Source of the DNA: an uncultured Acidobacteriota bacterium
Lineage (GTDB): Bacteria > Actinomycetota > Acidimicrobiia > Spongiisociales > ZC4RG35
NCBI GenBank assembly: GCA_963778755.1
Contig: CAVZVJ010000011.1
Location: forward strand, 10,226-74,225
Direction of reading: 5' to 3'
Length of the DNA stretch: 64,000 nucleotides
Under the pieces are notes generated by a model. It did not search any database and was not told the origin of the DNA. It saw nothing but the letters and a program-made list of their open reading frames with translations. The position numbers and the translations under genes are program-made. This document shows, piece by piece, positions 56,501-64,000 of the stretch. Every line of letters begins with the position of its first letter. Within the stretch, counting starts at the first letter, position 1.

Positions 56501-57754
56501 ATGGCCAAGAGCCTGTGGCGGAATCGCGACTTCCTTCTGGTCCTGGGTGGCGGCTTCGTCAACAACGTCGGCGACTGGCTGTTGGCCGTGGCTCTGCCCG
56601 CGTATGTCTACACCCAGACAGGCTCGGGGCGAGCTACCGCCACGATCGTGGTCACAGAGCTCGTGATCGGAGTCGTCTTCGGGCCCTATGGGGGCAGTCT
56701 CGCGGACCGGTGGGACCTGCGGCGCACCATCATCGCCACCAACGTCGCTCAGGCCGCCGGAATGCTGCCGCTGCTCGCGGTTACCCAAGACCGTGTGTGG
56801 CCGGCGTTCTTGGTGGCGGCCATCCAGGGGCTCTTGGCTCAGATCAACGACCCGGCTTCGTTTGCAATCGTGCCAAGGATCGTGCCAACGGACCAGCTGG
56901 TGACAGCAAACTCAGCCAATAGCGCAGGGCAATCGATTGCCAGGTTGATTGGTGCTCCGCTCGGCGGAATCGCGGTGGCTTTGGGCGGGCTCAGCACCGT
57001 TGTCGTTGTCGATGCGATCACGTTTCTTGCCGTAGCCGTCGCTACGACGTTGGTGAGAACACCAACAACCAGCCTCGCCACAAGCGACGGGGCCGAACAA
57101 GGAGGTGCCAGTGTCAGAGCCGGCCTGCGCGAGGTGCGTCTCCACGCTGGGCTCAAAGGCTATCTCGGCGCAGAATCTCTGGCCGCTTTGACCTTCGCCA
57201 TGTTTCCTGTCCTGTTCATTGTCTTTGTGGTCGACGTGCTCAAAGGCGACGAGGCAACCGTGGGGATCATTCGCGGAAGCGCGGCGTTCGGCGGCATAGC
57301 CGCCGCTGTCATCGTCGGCCGTCTGGGAAACCGAGCGAACCCGACCCGGCTGATGATGTGGGGCTATCTAGGACTTGGTGCCGTGGCTTTCGTCTTCGTC
57401 AACATCACGGCGATCACGACTTCTTTGTGGGTGTTCCTCCTGCTATTCGCCCTGAGCGGGTTGCCGAACATCACCTCACAGGTCGGCGCGACCACGACCG
57501 CGCAACGTCTTTGCCCACCGGCCGCCCTCGGCCGACTCCAAGGCCTGCTCTCGGCGGCCACCTCCAGCGGAGCCATCGTCGGGTCGGTCGCCGTCGGGCT
57601 GTTGGTCGACTCCGTCGACGTCAAAGCCCTGCTCAACGCGCAGGCGATCCTCTTCGTTCTCTCCGGAGTCGTCACCTACGTGGGCATCATCCGCCGAATC
57701 GAGCACCAGCTGCCGATCGACGCGGACGGAACCCTCCCGCTAACCGGTGCCTGA
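56501..57754 (+). CDS. MFS transporter (DHA3/H+ antiporter-like)
   Basis: LWRNRDFLLV, GSLADRWDLRR, 12 TM; stop abuts tRNA-Leu. Confidence 0.88.
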   Translation: MAKSLWRNRDFLLVLGGGFVNNVGDWLLAVALPAYVYTQTGSGRATATIVVTELVIGVVFGPYGGSLADRWDLRRTIIATNVAQAAGMLPLLAVTQDRVWPAFLVAAIQGLLAQINDPASFAIVPRIVPTDQLVTANSANSAGQSIARLIGAPLGGIAVALGGLSTVVVVDAITFLAVAVATTLVRTPTTSLATSDGAEQGGASVRAGLREVRLHAGLKGYLGAESLAALTFAMFPVLFIVFVVDVLKGDEATVGIIRGSAAFGGIAAAVIVGRLGNRANPTRLMMWGYLGLGAVAFVFVNITAITTSLWVFLLLFALSGLPNITSQVGATTTAQRLCPPAALGRLQGLLSAATSSGAIVGSVAVGLLVDSVDVKALLNAQAILFVLSGVVTYVGIIRRIEHQLPIDADGTLPLTGA

Positions 57755-57841
<87 letters not shown>

Positions 57842-57925
57842 TCGAGGGTCGGGAAATCGTAACCCTGCGCCCGGTGTTGCGGTAGTCGGCCTCCTCTATC
57901 CCCGACCGACCGTAACCTCTCCCGC

Positions 57926-58588
57926 GTGAACCTTGCCAGAAGTCTCGAACGCCGGCTCGAGCGCCTTTTTGAAGGTGCTGCAGGTCGGGTTTTCTCGGGT
58001 CGCCTTCACCCATCGGAGATAGCGGGCCGGATCGCCCGCGAGGCAGATCTCACCAGTTTCGAGCACATCACCGGGCCCGCTACCTCCAACCAGTACGTGC
58101 TGAAGGTGAATCCCGCCGACTTGGACGTCGACCCCACCAGGCTGCAGAAAAGGCTGGAGTTGGCCTTGTCCGAGCACGCTGCGGAGGCCGGCCTGCGTCT
58201 CGAAGGCCCACCGACTGTCCTCATCGAGGCGTCCGCAAAGGTGTCGCCGGGTCAGTTCACCTGCGTGCCCTCGGTGGTGCCTGGAAAGATCCCTGCATGG
58301 GCGCGTTTGGTAGGAAACAACGCCTCGTATGACCTAGGCCCGAATCGGGTCATGGTTGGCCGATCCAGCGACGCAGATGTCGTCCTCCCCTACGAGGAGG
58401 TCAGCCGACGCCACTCATTGATCTGGCGCGCCGACGGTCAGATCTGGATCGAGGATCTCGGCTCCGCCAACGGCACCGAGGTCGACGGGGTCCGGGTCGG
58501 CTCCACACCTCGTCCCGTGCACCGGGGCGACATGATCGGGTTCTCAGGGCATCGATTCAGGTTCCACGAAGGACCGGAACATGCCTGA
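57926..58588 (+). CDS. fhaA: FhaA (DUF3662 + FHA)
   Basis: ERRLERLFEG...LHPSEI, GRSSDAD, VSRRH, DLGSANGT; leaderless GTG 7 nt after TAACCT. Confidence 0.9.
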   Translation: MNLARSLERRLERLFEGAAGRVFSGRLHPSEIAGRIAREADLTSFEHITGPATSNQYVLKVNPADLDVDPTRLQKRLELALSEHAAEAGLRLEGPPTVLIEASAKVSPGQFTCVPSVVPGKIPAWARLVGNNASYDLGPNRVMVGRSSDADVVLPYEEVSRRHSLIWRADGQIWIEDLGSANGTEVDGVRVGSTPRPVHRGDMIGFSGHRFRFHEGPEHA

Positions 58589-58991
58589 CCTGATCCTCGC
58601 ACTGCTCCGGATCATCTTCCTCGGACTGGTCTACCTCTTCGTGTGGCAGGTGGCGCGGGCGATTGGATCCCACCTGGGGATCTCACTTCGTCGTAAGCGC
58701 CGGGAGGGGACAAAAATCGTCATGGTCAAATCCGATACTCAGCAGGGCATGGAGTTGGAAGTGCAAGACGTGAGCGTCCTGGGGCGGTCGGACGAGGCGG
58801 ATGTGCTGTTGAACGATCCCTACGCTTCCGAGTTCCACATGAGGCTGGTCGCTCAGGAGAACGGCATGGTTCTCCACGACCTGGGCAGCACCAATGGCAC
58901 CTATGTCAATGGGCGCCGGGTCACGGCTCCGACGTCTCTGCGGCGGGGCGACACCATCCAGGTGGGCAAGACGGTCATGGAGGTGCGGTGA
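58581..58991 (+). CDS. fhaB: FhaB/FipA FHA protein
   Basis: N-terminal TM, LGRS...YASEFH, DLGSTNGTYVNG. Confidence 0.88.
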   Translation: MPDLILALLRIIFLGLVYLFVWQVARAIGSHLGISLRRKRREGTKIVMVKSDTQQGMELEVQDVSVLGRSDEADVLLNDPYASEFHMRLVAQENGMVLHDLGSTNGTYVNGRRVTAPTSLRRGDTIQVGKTVMEVR

Positions 58992-59710
58992 GATACATAT
59001 GGGCCGCCGCCACCCATCAGGGCATGGCGAGGACAAACAACGAGGACACCGTTTTCCCCGAGACTTCAGGGGAATCGAGCGGTCCTGCAGTCCTGATGGT
59101 GGCCGATGGCATGGGAGGGCACATCGCCGGTGAGGTGGCCTCACGACTGGCCGTGAACACCGCTGCCTCCGCAGACCTTTCCCCGGCCGATCGGGTGGCC
59201 GCCGCCAATCGCGCCATCAGGGAGCAAGTGGCCCGACAGCCCGACCTCGAAGGGATGGCAACCACGCTCACCCTTGTGGAGCTGACCGCCGATGGAAAGG
59301 CACATTTTGGCCATATTGGTGACAGTCGCGCCTACCTGCACCGGGACGGAGAGCTACGTCAACTGACCGACGACCACACGGTGGTAGCCCAATACGTCGC
59401 CGCTGGCACTCTCTCGCCGGAGGAAGCCGCTGACCATCCCCACAGCCACATGCTCACCCGATGTCTAGGGCTCACCCGATTCGTGAATGTGGACGAAATC
59501 GAGTTGCCGCTTCAGCCCGCCGATCGCCTCCTGCTCTGCTCCGATGGCCTGACGCTGATGCTCAGCGATGACGAGATCGCAAAGAGCCTGACCACCGAGT
59601 CTGCCGACGAGACCGTTTGGGGTTTGATCGAACAGGCCAACCAAGCAGGCGGCCAGGACAACATCAGCGTCATCATCGTGGATGTCCTCCCCGGAGCGAA
59701 TGACACGTAA
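58988..59710 (+). CDS. pstP: PP2C Ser/Thr phosphatase
   Basis: NNED, VADGMGGH, GHIGDSRAY, LCSDGL, GGQDNIS. Confidence 0.92.
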   Translation: MRYIWAAATHQGMARTNNEDTVFPETSGESSGPAVLMVADGMGGHIAGEVASRLAVNTAASADLSPADRVAAANRAIREQVARQPDLEGMATTLTLVELTADGKAHFGHIGDSRAYLHRDGELRQLTDDHTVVAQYVAAGTLSPEEAADHPHSHMLTRCLGLTRFVNVDEIELPLQPADRLLLCSDGLTLMLSDDEIAKSLTTESADETVWGLIEQANQAGGQDNISVIIVDVLPGANDT

Positions 59711-60995
59711 CGCCGAAGGCGCAACCGTGGTCGCGGCGTCGGTGCTCGCCGCTTTCGGGGTCACATTGGTGAACTTCGCCCGCGAGCAAAGCGTCGACGC
59801 CCAGACTGCACTGACCTTTCTGGTGTTCTTGATCGCCTTCGGCGGGCTGCACCTGGCGGTGCGCACATGGGCGCCACGGGCAACCCCGCTCCTGATCGCA
59901 CCCATCACCGCCCTCACCGCCATCGGATTCATTGAGATCTACCGGCTTGACCCGGTCAAGGCGGGGTTGCAACGATGGTGGATGCTGATCGCTGCGGGGG
60001 CAGCCATCGCAGTCCTCGCCTTATTCGCCCGTAGCTCCACCACCATTCTCCGCCGCTACCGCAACATCACACTGCTGATCTCATTGATCCTGTTGGCGCT
60101 CCCCAACCTGCCACTCGACTGGAGCGTTCCCCTCAAGGGGCTAGTGGTGAACGGGTCTCGCCTCTGGATCGTCCTCGACCTCGGCTTCACGACCCTTCAA
60201 TTCCAGCCGGCCGAGTTGGCCAAGCTCGGGTTCGTCATCTACGTCGCTGCCTATCTCGCCGACCATCAGAAGGCATTGCGCGAGGCACGCCGTCATCTGG
60301 GCCCGATCCGCTTCCCCGAGCCCCGCCAGCTGATCCCGCTGGTCATCACCTGGCTGGTCAGCATCCTGATCCTGGTCTCTCAACGAGACCTGGGGGCCTC
60401 TCTGCTCTTGTTCGCCGGATTCGTCCTTTTGCTCTATGCCGCCACTGGGACCACCGGTTATCTCGTAGCGGGAGGCTTCATGGCGGCCGCGGCTGGCGTC
60501 GCCTCATATTTCATGTTCGACCACGTGCAGCGGCGGGTAATCGCCTGGCTGGCCCCGTTCGAGCACTTCGACGACCAGGGCTACCAAATCGCCCAGGGCC
60601 TGTTCGGGATGGGAACGGGCAGTCTCTCCGGGGCAGGGCCCGGTCTTGGCCGCCCCGATCTGATCCCCAACGCAACGACCGACTTCATCTTCGCCGCGGT
60701 AGGCGAGGAGTTGGGCTTCGCCGGGACTGTGTCGGTGCTCGCCCTGTTCTCACTGGTGATCGCGGTCGGCCTCGGAATCTCCTTTCGGAGCAGGGACATG
60801 TTCCGCAAGCTGCTCGCTGCCGGGCTCACCTTCGTGTTCGCGGTTCAGACCTTCCTGATCATCGGAGGAGTGGTCAGAGTTGTCCCCTTGACCGGGATCA
60901 CGCTCCCATTCATGTCGTACGGGGGCTCGGCCTTGGTGGGGAATCTGATCCTGATCGCCCTCCTGCTCCGGATCAGTCACGAGGAAGCGTCATGA
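59700..60995 (+). CDS. rodA: SEDS-family peptidoglycan polymerase RodA
   Basis: VNGSRLW, FQPAELAK, QRDLG, YQIAQG, TTDFIF, GITLPFMSYGGS. Confidence 0.92.
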   Translation: MTRNAEGATVVAASVLAAFGVTLVNFAREQSVDAQTALTFLVFLIAFGGLHLAVRTWAPRATPLLIAPITALTAIGFIEIYRLDPVKAGLQRWWMLIAAGAAIAVLALFARSSTTILRRYRNITLLISLILLALPNLPLDWSVPLKGLVVNGSRLWIVLDLGFTTLQFQPAELAKLGFVIYVAAYLADHQKALREARRHLGPIRFPEPRQLIPLVITWLVSILILVSQRDLGASLLLFAGFVLLLYAATGTTGYLVAGGFMAAAAGVASYFMFDHVQRRVIAWLAPFEHFDDQGYQIAQGLFGMGTGSLSGAGPGLGRPDLIPNATTDFIFAAVGEELGFAGTVSVLALFSLVIAVGLGISFRSRDMFRKLLAAGLTFVFAVQTFLIIGGVVRVVPLTGITLPFMSYGGSALVGNLILIALLLRISHEEAS

Positions 60996-62447
60996 ACGGC
61001 CCGGTGCGCCGGATCGCGATCGGGGTATTCACCGCGTTCTGCGCCCTTCTCCTGGCGGTGACCTGGATCCAGGTAGTCCACGCCGACGCTCTCAAGGCCG
61101 ACCCACGCAATGCTCGCCCGGCCCTTTCCGAGCGGGGCAAGGAGCGTGGTCTGATCGTCTCCATCGACGGGACCGTGGTGGCCGAGTCAGTGGTAGATCC
61201 GTTGGATCCCCGCTCGTTCGTGCGCACCTATCCGGAGGGAGAAGCCTTTGCCCATGTGGTCGGATATAACTCGTTCATCGTCGGTGACTCCGGTCTGGAG
61301 GCCGCCTATGCGCCCGTCCTCAGATCAAAGCGCGACCTGACGATCAGCGACATGATCTCGGTGATCCTGGGCCGTGACCTGCGGCCCCACAGCATCGAGA
61401 TGACGGTCAATGGCCCATTGCAGCGAGCCGCCTTCGAAGCCCTTGGAGGGCAAACCGGAGCCGTGATCGCTCTCGACCCGAAAACCGGCGCTGTCCTGGC
61501 GGCGGTGTCCTCACCTTCCTCGACCCCGAATCGCTGCTCGGGGAGGACGCAGCGGCAGTTTGGGACGAGCTTCTTGCCGACCCCACCAGCCCGCTGAGCG
61601 ACCGCTCGACGAAAGAGCTGTTTGCCCCGGGATCGACCTTCAAGACGGTGGTGACGGCCACTGCCTTGGACACCGGCGAGGCCAACCCCGAGACCCAGTT
61701 TCCCGATCCCCTCGAGTATCAGCTGGAAGGATCGACGGACACCATCTCCAACTTCGACGGGGAGGTCTGCAACGACGGCGAGTCCGTCACCCTGCTGGTC
61801 GCCTTCGTACGCTCCTGTAACACGGTATTTGCCGACCTATCGGTCCGACTAGGCGCCGAGGACATCGGGATCACCGCCGAGGCTCTCGGGTTCAACACCG
61901 ACCTCGACTTCCCGTGGCCGGTTCCCGGGCCAACTTCCCGGTGGACGACCTGATCGATGACCCCGCCGCCTTGGCGCAGAGTGGAATTCGGGAACGCGAC
62001 GTGCGCGCTACTCCGTTGCATATGGCAATGATCGCCGCAGCAGTCGCCAATCAGGGCGAGGTTTCCAACCCGTACCTGGTGAATCGGGTGTTCGACGCCG
62101 ACGGGAACACCCTGGATACCACGGTGCCTGTCTCCATGGGACGGGCGATGGCGCCTGCCACCGCATCGGTTCTGGCCCAAATGATGGAGCGGGTGGTCAC
62201 CGAGGGCACGGGGCGCAACGCCGCCGTGCCCGGGATCAGGGTCGCCGGCAAGACCGGGACCGCCGAAGGCGCCGGTGACGGGCGACATGCCTGGTTTATC
62301 GGTTTTGCCCCGGTGGAGATCTCCACGATCGCGATCGCCGTCTTGATCGCTGGAGGTGGGAACATCGGAGAATCCGCAACCGGCGGCGGTGTGGCTGCCC
62401 CAATCGCCGCCGACCTCATTTCACTCTGGCTGCAAGGAACTTCATGA
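60992..62447 (+). CDS. pbpA: Class B penicillin-binding protein PbpA (apparent 1-nt deletions near 61519 and 61929)
   Basis: RTYP, PGSTFK (SxxK), SCN (SxN), AGKTGTAE (KTG) across three frames. Confidence 0.9.
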
Positions 62448-62484
62448 GTTGGCGCCAGGGCGTTCCTACAATCCAGCGCCTTCC

Positions 62485-63158
62485 ATGAACACCCCAAGTG
62501 AACTGACCGATCGTTATCACATCACGTCCCACCTGGCCCGGGGCGGGATGGCCGACGTCTATGAGGGCCAGGACACCTTGCTCAACCGCAGGGTTGCGAT
62601 CAAGGTCCTCCACGCCCAGTACTCGGCGGACGAGGCCTTTGTGAAGCGGTTCCGCCGGGAAGCGCAGGCAGCCGCGAATCTTCAGCCACCCCAACATCGT
62701 GGGCATTTACGACTGGGGTCAGGCTCAGGGCACCTATTTCATCGTCATGGGGAACTCGTCGACGGCCGCTCTCTGCGTGACGTGCTCAAGTCGGAGGGGG
62801 CTCTTTGGCCCGCCGGGCCACCGAAATCGCGGCCGAGGTCGCCGCTGCGCTCTCCATCGCTCATCAGGCCGGCCTCGTCCATCGCGACGTCAAGCCGGGA
62901 AACATCCTTCTCGCCAAGGACGGAACGGTGAAAGTCACCGACTTCGGGATTGCAAGGGCATGGGACGACAGTGCCGAGTTGACCAAGACAGGCGCCGTCA
63001 TCGGCACCGCCACCTATTTCAGCCCGGAGCAGGCTCAAGGGGCCGCAGCTGACGCCCGGAGTGACGTCTATGCGCTCGGGGTCGTTCTCTACGAGATGCT
63101 CACTGGCAGGCCGCCATTCACCGGCGACAGCCCAATGTCGGTTGCGTTCCAGCATCGA
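62485..63158 (+). CDS. pknB: Ser/Thr kinase PknB, N-terminal kinase domain only (frameshifted, truncated at the junction)
   Basis: [60 protein letters not shown], then the sequence switches. Confidence 0.9.
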
Positions 63159-63165
63159 ACCACGT
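63150..63165. other. Abrupt GC-to-AT junction, probable chimera
   Basis: pknB ends at ...TTC CAG CAT and addA ends at ...GAA CGT GGT, head-to-head, with no repeat, att site or IS end visible. Confidence 0.85.
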
Positions 63166-64000
63166 TCAGCTGGACTTAATTGTTTTTCCTGCATAAATTT
63201 CGGACGTTTAACGATCGATTTTTTAAAGTGTTTCACAAGGTCTGTCCCACTTTGTTCATCTGTCATTTCTCTTTGGCGTTTCATTTCAGAAACAGATTGC
63301 TTCGAGCGATGGACAGCGGCATTTGGGAAGGAATATTCCCAGTCTAAGCGCGACTTGATTTCGTCCAGAAATGGGGAAGTGGTCGGGATATGCTCCCCTT
63401 TTTGGACCAGTTCAAGAAATTGGTCTTCTTTCATTCCTGCTTCTATTTCCTTCTTCTTTATTTCTTCTGCACTTATTTGTGAAACTTTCCATAAAGAAGG
63501 GTGATTTCTAATTTCCTCTGGAACAAGGACATTTCCCATACTGCCAATCCTTAATTCATTGGCGTCGTGATGGCGAACAAGCGCTGGCCCAATCCAATCA
63601 ATATAGCTTGTAACCGCTGCCCGTTCATAATCCTTTAATAACCATTCTGTGTTAGAAACAACGTCATTCCATTGGTCGAATTTTTTTAGCGCATCTTTTA
63701 GTGTGGCGGTTAAATACAGCTTTTCCTTCGCCCTTGTCATCGCCACATATAGCACGCGCATTTCTTCCGCGAGCATTTCCATTTTCTTTTTTCGTTTAAA
63801 AGCAATTTGCGGTAAGGAAGGGTATGAAATTCTTTTTTCCGCATTTACATACTTAGATGCAAATCCGTATTCTTTATCGAGCATATATGGTTTGCGAACA
63901 TCGGCCATATTAAAAGTTCGTGCCATTCCCGCCATGAATACAACAGGAAATTCAAGTCCTTTACTACTATGGATAGTCATAATCCGGACCACGTCTTCTT
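63159..64000 (-). CDS. addA: Internal fragment of ATP-dependent helicase/nuclease subunit A (Bacillaceae-like, AT-rich)
   Basis: [64 protein letters not shown]; runs off the window end. Confidence 0.92.

Noticed and set aside
62745-63992. 415-aa ORF as a single AddA protein or novel fusion
   Set aside because: After SPAERG the ORF is just the antisense reading of pknB; it is a product of the junction.

Overview
Almost all of this window (1 to about 63,158) is high-GC actinobacterial chromosome. The fhaA-fhaB-pstP-rodA-pbpA-pknB operon, tRNA-Leu(CAG), serS, tadA and the SRP RNA suggest an oriC-proximal region; a deep-branching lineage such as Acidimicrobiia is an inference. The last ~840 bp switch abruptly to an AT-rich internal fragment of a Bacillaceae-type addA joined to a truncated pknB, most likely a chimeric assembly. 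From ~38 kb onward many genes, including essential serS, carry small (mostly single-base) frameshifts that look like long-read indel errors. Best candidate new system: a SARP/BTAD-STAND regulator beside a sigma-less partner-switching module (split-GAF membrane sensor, PP2C-kinase fusion, two STAS proteins). Five promoters share a GTAACG 11-bp direct repeat at a fixed distance from a -10 element, and one of them drives a second sensor paralogue 34 kb away. Other highlights: a SipW-type signal peptidase operon with paralogous secreted subunits (TasA-like fibre candidate), a zf-UBP / receiver-TrxR / cNMP-kinase module, a large Alu-domain SRP RNA, a tandem cluster of all four tRNA-Ser, and GTAC heptamer repeats just after stable-RNA genes. 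No CRISPR array, integrase or transposase was seen.
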